Below are positions 41,018 to 48,826 of a stretch of 64,000 bases of DNA, in pieces. Numbering within the stretch: the stretch's first letter is position 1; every line of letters begins with the position of its first letter. The notes below the pieces were generated by a model. The model did no database searches and was not told the origin of the DNA. It saw only the letters and a program-made list of their open reading frames with translations. Position numbers and translations under genes: made by a program. Origin of the DNA: an uncultured Marinoscillum sp. (GTDB lineage: Bacteria > Bacteroidota > Bacteroidia > Cytophagales > MED-G16); NCBI GenBank assembly GCA_964527965.1, contig CAZGPH010000002.1:97072-161071 (forward strand). Direction: 5' to 3'.

Positions 41018-41734
41018 ATGAAATTAGGAATTGATAAACTACAAAAATATGGAGTAGAGTCTCTAGTGATTTTATTTAGTATAATTCTATCTTTTTACAT
41101 AGAAGGTCAAAGAGACCTAGCTGAAAAAAATACTGATAAAAATAAGTTAATAACTGATCTAATTAATACCATAGATGAAGATCAAAAGCAATTAGATTAT
41201 ATTAAATCAGAAATGAATAAAACAGTTAAACTTATAAATGAGATACAATCAGACATAAATTCGCAAAATAATAATTTAGCTAAAATTGAGATAATTAATA
41301 AAATATCTGAAATTAAGGTTTCATATTCATTTTTTCCTCAAGAAGGTATATTTAACCAGTTAATTGCAACTGGTAGTTTCGAGTTGATAGAAAATGAAGA
41401 TCTTAAACTATTACTACTAAAAATATATAATCATCAAAACAATAGAAATTATGCAATATCAAACCTTATAGATATATTTTCTATAGAATTTTACAATACT
41501 GTTTATCAAAAATTTAGAATAGATATAAATGTTAATAATATGGAAGGTGAAATATATGGTATATCAGTAGTAAGCGATTTTAAGTTTAATAAAACATTCT
41601 ATTTATCAGATGAATTCTATGGATTTTTAACAAGAACAAAAACGTATGCAAATCTATACTCAAGATTATTAAATGATATTAGTGAAAATTATAAACAAGC
41701 TAGAATTTATTCAGAGTACGAAATAGAAAACTAA
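41018..41734 (+). CDS. hypothetical N-terminally anchored protein (DUF6090-like architecture)
   Basis: 238 aa. Has a single N-terminal TM segment (VESLVILFSIILSFYI), then a helical/coiled region. The family assignment is tentative and from memory. Confidence 0.45.
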   Translation: MKLGIDKLQKYGVESLVILFSIILSFYIEGQRDLAEKNTDKNKLITDLINTIDEDQKQLDYIKSEMNKTVKLINEIQSDINSQNNNLAKIEIINKISEIKVSYSFFPQEGIFNQLIATGSFELIENEDLKLLLLKIYNHQNNRNYAISNLIDIFSIEFYNTVYQKFRIDINVNNMEGEIYGISVVSDFKFNKTFYLSDEFYGFLTRTKTYANLYSRLLNDISENYKQARIYSEYEIEN

Positions 41735-42081
41735 TATAGAAGATGTTTTTTGTCTTTGTTTCTCCAACCAGCTTGAGATTTATATTCAACAAAAAAAATA
41801 TTAATATCTGCCTGAGATTTATATTCTTCAAAAAATATTTTTTTATCTGATTGAGATTCAAAGTCTATAAAATACCATAAACCATCATTTCCTTTAGCTT
41901 GAGATTTATAATTTACCTTAAACACTAATAGGTCTGCTTGACTTTTATAATTAACAACATAAACACTGAAATCAGACTGGGATTTATACTTTACACTAAA
42001 AATATTTTGTGAAAAGGTTTCTAAATTAGGATGTACAATAAAGAAAAAAATTAAAAAAATTAATTTATTCCTTATCATCAT
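41731..42081 (-). CDS. small secreted protein with six 13-residue YKSQAD repeats
   Basis: Start trimmed to the ATG at 42081/42078 (MMIRNKLIFLIFFFIV..., signal-like). Six copies of the motif [YF][KE]SQ[SA] at a 13/13/16/13/13-residue spacing. Ends ...SQAGWRNKDKKHLLY. Confidence 0.6.
   Translation of the reverse strand: MMIRNKLIFLIFFFIVHPNLETFSQNIFSVKYKSQSDFSVYVVNYKSQADLLVFKVNYKSQAKGNDGLWYFIDFESQSDKKIFFEEYKSQADINIFFVEYKSQAGWRNKDKKHLLY
41767..42000 (-). repeat. in-frame 39-bp-period coding repeat (YKSQAD units)
   Basis: Read directly from the translation: VKYKSQSDFSVYV / VNYKSQADLLVFK / VNYKSQAKGNDGLWYFI / DFESQSDKKIFFE / EYKSQADINIFFV / EYKSQAGW. Confidence 0.85.
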
Positions 42082-42319
42082 TCTTATTAAGTTCAGAAAT
42101 AATTGAAAAAGCCATAGTATTTGCTGATTTTGCATATTTATTAGCTTCAGCTGACTCTTTCTTAATTTCATCTAACTCAAAAAGTGAATATTCTAATTTT
42201 GAATTGATCTCGTTTAATTCATTCCTTGATTCGTGATTTTGATATGCTAAAATTATCAAACCAAAAAAAGTTAGATTTTGGAAACTCAAATAACCTCTAT
42301 ATCTTAAAAGATTTTTCAT
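42065..42319 (-). CDS. hypothetical small membrane-anchored coiled-coil protein
   Basis: ATG at 42319 (MKNLLRYRGYLSFQNLTFFGLIILAY..., one TM segment), then a helical acidic/basic tail. It overlaps the downstream repeat gene start by about 14-17 nt, which suggests coupling. Confidence 0.4.
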   Translation of the reverse strand: MKNLLRYRGYLSFQNLTFFGLIILAYQNHESRNELNEINSKLEYSLFELDEIKKESAEANKYAKSANTMAFSIISELNKNDDKE

Positions 42320-42371
42320 ATTAATTGTTTTATCCAAAAATAGAGATTTAAGATAAATAACTTAGAATAGA

Positions 42372-43148
42372 TTATTGTTTTTTATGTGGAGATGACTCAA
42401 GGTGTTCTACTATTGCATTTTTTGCAAAAAATAATGACAATAATAAGGTAATAATACCTCCGATCCATAATCCTGGAACAAAATCTAAATATAGAAAATA
42501 GTCATAAATTGCATGAAGTAGTATTGGCACTAGAATTGAAAGTGAAATAAATAAAAATTCTTTTTTCTTTCTAGATTTTGCAATACCTAAGTAATACCCC
42601 ATTATCACGGCAAAAACAAAATGAGCAGGGATTGCAGAAAGCATTCTAAATAATGCCAAAGAAGGATTACCCTGTAGTACAAATGTAAGATTTTCAGCAG
42701 TTGCAAAACCCATACCAACAAAAACAGAGTATACTATTCCATCAAATGGTTCGTCAAATGCCTTATTAGGATAAATAATTAAAATAACAACAATGAATTT
42801 TAAGAGCTCCTCAGTAATTGCAACTGTCAAGGCTTCGCCACCTACTTGAAGAAAAATGTTACTCATATTTATATATCCAAAGACAAATTCTAATATATCA
42901 ACATCAAGATGAAGATTAATAGCACCAAATATGAAACATAATGCTAGTAACCATAGAGGCTCTTGATCATCTTCGTCAAGATTATAAATAAAAATCATTA
43001 TAAAGATTCCTGGAGATATTGAAAGTGATACTAACAATAAGTCATACCAATCAAACTTATGAATTAATATAAGAGGATAGAATAAAACAAGATATAATAG
43101 GGTAATAATTGATGATCCATATATACTTGATTTAATTAATCTATTCAT
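42372..43148 (-). CDS. PrsW-family intramembrane metalloprotease
   Basis: 258 aa and polytopic. Motifs ITEELLKF (EExxK) and HAIYDY (HxxxD), as in B. subtilis PrsW. Starts 5 nt after the upstream gene's stop. Confidence 0.75.
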   Translation of the reverse strand: MNRLIKSSIYGSSIITLLYLVLFYPLILIHKFDWYDLLLVSLSISPGIFIMIFIYNLDEDDQEPLWLLALCFIFGAINLHLDVDILEFVFGYINMSNIFLQVGGEALTVAITEELLKFIVVILIIYPNKAFDEPFDGIVYSVFVGMGFATAENLTFVLQGNPSLALFRMLSAIPAHFVFAVIMGYYLGIAKSRKKKEFLFISLSILVPILLHAIYDYFLYLDFVPGLWIGGIITLLLSLFFAKNAIVEHLESSPHKKQ

Positions 43149-43153
43149 CTAAT

Positions 43154-46100
43154 CTAAAATTTAAGAGATATCATCCACTCATCATATGATTTATTATTCA
43201 TATTATTATCATATGCTCTAGCCCAACCCACAGATAATACTGCAGATAAATGAGAAAACATAACCAGTTTTGTATCAAGCTGAGCTCCAATATTAGAAAA
43301 GTTCTCTCTTATCTCTGGAGTATTTGGCAATGAGGATATAATATCATTAGAATATAATTTACTAGTAAAAATTGAAGGAGATATATTAGTAACAAAGAAA
43401 TTAAAAAATCCAAATTTTCTAAATCTAACAGGTGGTAAAACCAATTCTGCCATAACCTTATAAAAACTTTTAGCCAATAGTAATCTATCTGAATCAAAAC
43501 TGACTCCTGGAAAAGAAAATATACTCCTATACATTTTAGATGAATATCTATCAATATAATTATTACCAAAAGAAGCAAAACCAAATCTTGTGAATGGATT
43601 AATTTTATCACTAAAAGAATTTCCAAAAGAATTTCTAAACCATAAAGAAGTATGCTTTACAGGTAGCTGAATTCCTAAATCTAAATTTCCATAAGCTTTT
43701 GGATAGAAATTACCCTCAGAAATAGATGAAGAAACGGCAAGAGATGTATTTATACCCTTTTCTCCCTCAACGGCGCCAACTGACCTTTTAAGATGGGAGA
43801 AAGATAAAGATGCCTTAACATCATAAAATAAATTAGTATTAAATTCATCCTTACTAAAATTAATCTGTTGAAATTCTGGAGATTGATCTAAGCCATAGTA
43901 TCCAGTAAATCCAAGGTTTACATCTAATATACTAGGTGGGTCATAAATTATTGAATTTGAGTAATCAAAGCCAAAACTTACTCCTTTTCTAGATCTCTGA
44001 GTTGGTCCAAATAAATCATAAAAGTTAGCTTTATTATATGAAGCAAAAATATTATAATTTCCTGATAAAAAACCCCCTAATCTAACAGCAGAATAATTTA
44101 TAGATGAGTGAATTTGCTCATCTTTTTCTAGTTCTCGATCTCCTTCTATCAATCCATTTTTCCATTCATTTGGAGTGTATGATATTGAAAAATCAAGTTC
44201 TCTGAAACTAAATGGATCCTTAAAATTAAATCTATAGCCAACTCCAACATTATTTTTATATCCTACAACTATAGGATAAGCATAATTAAGTGTCATTTGT
44301 TTACTTGATTGGTAATAACCTTCTTTGGAATTAATCTCATTACCTTCAAATGTACTTTCAGTGGGAATTTCTGTTTTCCAACTTTTTAGAACTGGATGTT
44401 TCTGAACAGTTTTGTTACCTAAAAATTCAATTGATGATACATTATCTACTGGGGAATTTGGAACAGTAACAGGGGCAAAACCATCACTTGTATATCTAAA
44501 ACAGAACATTCTATCTGAATCAATTTGAATTGGCCTAAAATAACCAGTTATTGCATTAGACATTACTTCTATTTCAAGATTTTCAACATTAACTCTAAAA
44601 ATATTACTCACTCCTGAGTAAAAGGAAGAGCCAATTAAAAATTTACCATCATCAGTAAACTTAAAAGTTTGAGGTGAGGCTACCTCGAAATTAAAAACTT
44701 CATCAAATTTTATATTTTCTTTGTCAACATTATCTATGGAAGCTAAATCATAGATATTTAGGTACTGATTTCCAAAATAATCAGCAACTGCAGCACTAAG
44801 TTTTGTTCCATCAGGAGAAATATCTAAATCAAATATATCATGGCCATATGGTAAAGTATACTTCTGTTCCCAGACTGAATAATACTGATTTGGATTTTCA
44901 GAATTAAATTTTGGTATTCTTATCACAGTATTTATCCCATTCATATGCATTACTGCCCATAGAGACTGGTCTTTTTTATTATACGCTAAGTCTCCTGATC
45001 TAAAGTTTTTTTGAAGTAAAGTATTCTGTCCATTTTCTAAATTATAAGAATATAAATCTCTATTTGCACTATTATCTGTTGTATAAAATAAAAAATCATT
45101 ATTTTCATCATAGGCTAATGAAGTAACATTAAATAGCGCAGGACCCTTTATATCAGTTAATCTTTTTATTTTACCTGTAGAGATATCTAGAGATGCAAGA
45201 TGAGGAACCTTTCCAGGATAATTTACAGCAACATATATTTTATTTCTTTTTTTATCAAAGAATGCATGAGAAACACCTCCAAGAACCTTATCAGAAATCC
45301 TTTTATCTTCAGTTATTTCACTTTCGTTTAGACTTTTTATATTTTCATTTTGAAATTCTTTTTCAAACTGTATCCAGTTATCCCAAGCTTTTGAAATATT
45401 TAGATCAAATACATGCTTAAAGTTTGCTGCAAAACCTCTTTTAGTTCCATCTTTTCTTTTAATCCACTCCATTAACTTATTAGGGTCATATTCATGAGCG
45501 AGGTAGCTCATAAATCTAGTACCATAATAATATGAATTAGCTTTTGACATAAAGTCTGCTGTTGTACCTTCAGATTCTAAACCTTGGGCAGTATATATTC
45601 TAGAATTTTCAAGAACTCTAGTCCTAAAAAACATCTCATCATAATTACCTAAAGCATTACCTACTCCACCTGACATCCATGTCTCAACAAATACCGCTAT
45701 ACCCTCATGGAGCCATCTAGGAGAGTAATATCTTGGACTTGTCAGATAACTATAAAACATTGAAATAGGATGATCACTAGTATTTAGTACTTTACCGCCA
45801 AAAAATTTCTGATAAAATACATCTGAACTTGATGCGGCATCCAGTGCTGCTATATGAACAAGTTCATGATTCATAATTGCAAAAACTCTCTCTCCTGCTA
45901 CACTAGATTCGAATGCATAGTTCATGGGTGAAATACAAGTTGACACAAAATTAACAGGGATTGATGTTGCTCCTCCATTTCCATAGTCACCAAAATCTTG
46001 TATAAAAACTGAAATTTTTTCTCTTGGTTCATACTCAAATAAATCCCTATGAAAATTAAGTGCATTGTGTGCACATCTTACAGAGTGATTAAGAACATAT

Positions 46101-46219
46101 TTAGTCCCAATTCCAAAACTTACAACATTAAAATCATCGGTTTCAATTTTATTTAGTTGAGAAAAGGAGTTATTAAAAGAAAGTAAATAAATAATAGATA
46201 GTATTAGTATATTTTTCAT
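43154..46219 (-). CDS. 1021-aa exported protein: peptidase-MA-like (HExxH) domain + TolB/WD40-like beta-propeller + C-terminal beta-barrel
   Basis: Signal peptide MKNILILSIIYLLSFNNSFSQ. Gluzincin-like pair MNHELVHIA ... WLHEGIAVFVE. The middle has repeated propeller-like blades (LDISTGK, LYSYNLENGQ, LDISPDGTKL). The C-terminal 400 aa have alternating beta-strand patterns and end ...WMISLKF, with the terminal Phe typical of OM barrels. Confidence 0.7.
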   Translation of the reverse strand: MKNILILSIIYLLSFNNSFSQLNKIETDDFNVVSFGIGTKYVLNHSVRCAHNALNFHRDLFEYEPREKISVFIQDFGDYGNGGATSIPVNFVSTCISPMNYAFESSVAGERVFAIMNHELVHIAALDAASSSDVFYQKFFGGKVLNTSDHPISMFYSYLTSPRYYSPRWLHEGIAVFVETWMSGGVGNALGNYDEMFFRTRVLENSRIYTAQGLESEGTTADFMSKANSYYYGTRFMSYLAHEYDPNKLMEWIKRKDGTKRGFAANFKHVFDLNISKAWDNWIQFEKEFQNENIKSLNESEITEDKRISDKVLGGVSHAFFDKKRNKIYVAVNYPGKVPHLASLDISTGKIKRLTDIKGPALFNVTSLAYDENNDFLFYTTDNSANRDLYSYNLENGQNTLLQKNFRSGDLAYNKKDQSLWAVMHMNGINTVIRIPKFNSENPNQYYSVWEQKYTLPYGHDIFDLDISPDGTKLSAAVADYFGNQYLNIYDLASIDNVDKENIKFDEVFNFEVASPQTFKFTDDGKFLIGSSFYSGVSNIFRVNVENLEIEVMSNAITGYFRPIQIDSDRMFCFRYTSDGFAPVTVPNSPVDNVSSIEFLGNKTVQKHPVLKSWKTEIPTESTFEGNEINSKEGYYQSSKQMTLNYAYPIVVGYKNNVGVGYRFNFKDPFSFRELDFSISYTPNEWKNGLIEGDRELEKDEQIHSSINYSAVRLGGFLSGNYNIFASYNKANFYDLFGPTQRSRKGVSFGFDYSNSIIYDPPSILDVNLGFTGYYGLDQSPEFQQINFSKDEFNTNLFYDVKASLSFSHLKRSVGAVEGEKGINTSLAVSSSISEGNFYPKAYGNLDLGIQLPVKHTSLWFRNSFGNSFSDKINPFTRFGFASFGNNYIDRYSSKMYRSIFSFPGVSFDSDRLLLAKSFYKVMAELVLPPVRFRKFGFFNFFVTNISPSIFTSKLYSNDIISSLPNTPEIRENFSNIGAQLDTKLVMFSHLSAVLSVGWARAYDNNMNNKSYDEWMISLKF

Positions 46220-46242
46220 ATTCAGAATTTATATCGTTTTTA

Positions 46243-46281
46243 ACCAAAAAAAAAGGAGAAAATAAAATATTTTCCCCTTTT
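46243..46281 (-). terminator. rho-independent terminator downstream of the nonapeptide-repeat gene
   Basis: Arms AAAGGAGAAAAT (46252-46263) and ATTTTCCCCTTT (46269-46280) pair over 12 bp with 1 mismatch and a 5-nt loop. On the minus strand the hairpin is followed by a run of about 9 T (46243-46251). Confidence 0.6.
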
Positions 46282-46301
46282 CATTATACTTCAGAATTTA
46301 A

Positions 46302-47357
46302 TTACATATTCTTCTGAAATTTAGCTCCTTTCATGAACTTCTGAAAATCAGCTCCTTTCATAAATTTTTCAAAAGTTTGTCCTTTTGCAAATTTAGCATA
46401 AGCTGAACTTTTCATAAATTTCTGAAAATCGCCTCTCATCATGAATTTAGCAAAATCTTGATTTTTAGCAAATTTTTGAAAAGATGAACTCTTAGCAAAT
46501 TTTTCAAAATCAGCACCTTTCATAAACTTCTGAAGGTCAGCTCCTTTCATAAACTTCTGAAGTGTAGCATCTTTCATAAATTTTTGAAAGTCAACACCCT
46601 TCATGAACTTCTGAAAATCAGCTCCTTTCATAAACTTCTGAAAAGCTGCATCTTTTTGAAATTTCTGAAAATCTCCTCCATTTTTCATGAACTTCTGAAA
46701 TTGATCATTCTTCATGAACTTTTGAAACTCAGCACCTTTCATAAATTTCTGAAAATCAGAAATTTTATTAAAAGTTGCAGGATTAATAGATCCAACTAAA
46801 ATTGCTCCACCTTCACCACTAATTCCAGAATCGTTGTTCGCAGGATTTCCTCTCTGTCCGACAACATATGTCTCTTCAGAATTAGAGCTATTCATTGAAC
46901 GATTAGAGCTTAAATTTCCTCTATTACCACTCATATTACCTCTGGATTGAATAGCGTCATCTCCTAAGTTTCCTCCCTTGTCTATTCCTCCTCCATTATT
47001 AAATTCTAGGCTTCTATAAATATCACCTAATATTCCAATACCATCTTTGTTATCTAAAACTTTAACAAAATCTGGATCAGAAGCTAATTTTGAAAATTCA
47101 CCAGATGTGATCATCTTTTGAAAATCTGGGTTATTCAAAACATCTTGAATTTCTTCGCCATCTAGCTCTACGACTACATCATTCTTACTTACGTACTTAT
47201 CGGCTTTTTTAACACCTTTAATACCAGAACTTGTTCCTTGTGAAGGATCAACTACTCCGGATTGTACCATTAAATAAGAAACTGCGCCTAAAACTACAAC
47301 AACAGCTATCATTAAGAAATTCAATTTACCATGCACTTTATTTGTATGCTTACTCAT
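46302..47357 (-). CDS. N-terminally anchored protein with G/N/S-rich linker and C-terminal array of ~17 nonapeptide FQKFMKGAD repeats
   Basis: 351 aa. Basic N-terminus plus a TM segment (KLNFLMIAVVVVLGAVSYLMV). Three degenerate units at residues 78-104 (DFQKMITSG/EFSKLASDP/DFVKVLDNK). Low-complexity NGGGIDKGGN...NRSMNSSNS region. Residues 196-351 are almost entirely 9-aa units. Confidence 0.75.
   Translation of the reverse strand: MSKHTNKVHGKLNFLMIAVVVVLGAVSYLMVQSGVVDPSQGTSSGIKGVKKADKYVSKNDVVVELDGEEIQDVLNNPDFQKMITSGEFSKLASDPDFVKVLDNKDGIGILGDIYRSLEFNNGGGIDKGGNLGDDAIQSRGNMSGNRGNLSSNRSMNSSNSEETYVVGQRGNPANNDSGISGEGGAILVGSINPATFNKISDFQKFMKGAEFQKFMKNDQFQKFMKNGGDFQKFQKDAAFQKFMKGADFQKFMKGVDFQKFMKDATLQKFMKGADLQKFMKGADFEKFAKSSSFQKFAKNQDFAKFMMRGDFQKFMKSSAYAKFAKGQTFEKFMKGADFQKFMKGAKFQKNM
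46305..46772 (-). repeat. 27-bp-period in-frame tandem repeat array (about 17 units)
   Basis: The units are FQKFMKGAE, FQKFMKNDQ, FQKFMKNGGD, FQKFQKDAA, FQKFMKGAD, FQKFMKGVD, FQKFMKDAT, LQKFMKGAD (twice), FEKFAKSSS, FQKFAKNQD, FAKFMMRGD, FQKFMKSSA, YAKFAKGQT, FEKFMKGAD, FQKFMKGAK and a truncated FQKNM. A 35-nt stretch is identical at 46330-46364 and 46600-46634, offset by 270 = 10 x 27. Other units differ at synonymous sites. Confidence 0.9.
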
Positions 47358-47517
47358 AATTTTAAATTTTAATATTTAATTAAACAAAAATCATTTCCCA
47401 AACAACTTTAAACGTTATTGGTCAATTGAACCTTAAATATACACAAAAAAAGAAAAATGAATTTTTAATTACTTGATATTTGATCTATCTTATCGAAATA
47501 TGTAAATTATAATAGAA

Positions 47518-47835
47518 ATGAAAATTATTACATTAGTTCTTTTATTGTCAAGTCTATCAGTTAATAATAAACTTCAGGGTATCTGGAAGTCTACAGATAT
47601 TAATACTATTAAATATCTGAATTTTAAGTCTGATGGAAAACTTTTAGAAATTAAAAACAAAGAAACATATAGCTATAATTTTACTACAAAAGAAAACTTT
47701 ATTCAATTAGAATTAAAGAATGGGGGTATAATGGAACAATCATTTTATATAGAAGGTGATACTTTAATACTTCAATCCTTTGTAGATGGAAAACAAATTA
47801 TTAATAAGTTTATTAAAGAGAAATTAGCTCTATAA
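47518..47835 (+). CDS. small exported lipocalin-like protein, hypothetical
   Basis: 105 aa. Signal peptide MKIITLVLLLSSLSV. The mature part starts LQGIWKST and ends ...YIEGDTLILQS, a lipocalin-like G-x-W ... G-D-T-L pattern. Confidence 0.5.
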   Translation: MKIITLVLLLSSLSVNNKLQGIWKSTDINTIKYLNFKSDGKLLEIKNKETYSYNFTTKENFIQLELKNGGIMEQSFYIEGDTLILQSFVDGKQIINKFIKEKLAL

Positions 47836-47958
47836 ATGACAAATAAAAAAAAAAGAGAGTCAAAAGGTCATCTAGCTCAAGTAGTAAGAAGAAAAAACTC
47901 AACTAAAATCAAGCCTTCAGGAAAAATTTATAAACGAGATAAGAGGATAAAAGAATAA
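47836..47958 (+). CDS. candidate 40-aa highly basic peptide (not in ORF track)
   Basis: Manual read: TAAATG junction (stop 47833-47835, ATG 47836-47838), then MTNKKKRESKGHLAQVVRRKNSTKIKPSGKIYKRDKRIKE* with 16 K/R in 40 residues. The stop lies 3 nt before the convergent PspC gene. No homology evidence is available. Confidence 0.3.
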   Translation: MTNKKKRESKGHLAQVVRRKNSTKIKPSGKIYKRDKRIKE

Positions 47959-47961
47959 ATT

Positions 47962-48144
47962 CTAAGTCTTATCAGGAATTATTACCCAAGCAATAATATA
48001 AGTTAGAATTCCTCCTCCAAATAGAAAAAAAAGTGAGATAAATATTAATCTAAATAGAATAGGATCAATATTAAAGTATTCTCCAAGACCTTCACAAACA
48101 CCCCCAATAATTCCATTAAAACTATCTCTTTTAATTCTTCTCAT
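47962..48144 (-). CDS. PspC-domain small membrane protein
   Basis: 60 aa. GIIGGVCEGLGEYFNIDPILFRLIF followed by a TM helix, which is the PspC domain pattern. Confidence 0.75.
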   Translation of the reverse strand: MRRIKRDSFNGIIGGVCEGLGEYFNIDPILFRLIFISLFFLFGGGILTYIIAWVIIPDKT

Positions 48145-48787
48145 TCAATTTAAAGTTATATATATTATAACTAACTCTTAGTTGAGTTGATAAATTTCTA
48201 ATAGAAATTCCTTGACCTCCACCTGGACGAGTATTTAATAACCCATATGATAAAAAACCACCAATAGCTATTTTATTAAAATTATAATTTAGTCCAAATT
48301 GTAATCCTAAGTCTAAAGGTTTTAATGTATCTGGAGGTTCATTATTTAAATTATTTCCTATTCTTCCAAAAACTTTATTCTTAGTTATGTTATTAATGAG
48401 ATATTCTCTCATAGCAAAACCAAAATATGACCCTAATTCTATAGATAGGTTTTCAGATGAAATAATCTTAGCACGAAAAGGCATGGTAATATAATTAGAG
48501 TAAGACCTCACTCTTACCCCAGATTGATTATTGGTATACCCCTTTACTGAATAATTTAATTCTGTAACTAAAAAAATATCATCTTCAATTAAATATTCAA
48601 CTTTAAGTCCATGAAATTCTGCTGGAAGAAAACCTTTGCCGTAATTGAAATCATCAGAAGAATTACTGGCAAGTATCGTAGAAAAATTAATTCCAGAGTG
48701 TAACCCAAGCTTTAATTTATTAGGAAATACATTAAAGGAAAAAAAAATTAAAACTAAAGCAGAATAAAATTTTATTTTTGGTATCAC
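48131..48787 (-). CDS. small outer-membrane beta-barrel (OmpA_membrane/PorT-like porin family) protein
   Basis: 218 aa. Signal peptide, alternating hydrophobic beta-strand pattern and G/N/Y-rich turns. Confidence 0.6.
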   Translation of the reverse strand: MIPKIKFYSALVLIFFSFNVFPNKLKLGLHSGINFSTILASNSSDDFNYGKGFLPAEFHGLKVEYLIEDDIFLVTELNYSVKGYTNNQSGVRVRSYSNYITMPFRAKIISSENLSIELGSYFGFAMREYLINNITKNKVFGRIGNNLNNEPPDTLKPLDLGLQFGLNYNFNKIAIGGFLSYGLLNTRPGGGQGISIRNLSTQLRVSYNIYNFKLNEKN

Positions 48788-48826
48788 ATTTATATTTTAA
48801 CTTAATGATAAATAATAAATTGTAAT

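Noticed and set aside
46305-46772. Regular 27-bp periodicity that could be taken for a CRISPR-like or satellite array
   Set aside because: There are no unique spacers between the repeats. The period is a multiple of 3 and lies wholly inside one open frame. No cas genes are nearby.
46584-46799. 71-aa plus-strand ORF (MKVNTLHELLKISSFHKLLK...) that itself looks repetitive
   Set aside because: It is the antisense mirror of the 27-bp coding repeat. The minus-strand frame is continuous with a 351-aa gene that has a start, a TM anchor and a terminator, so the plus-strand ORF is a by-product of repeat symmetry.
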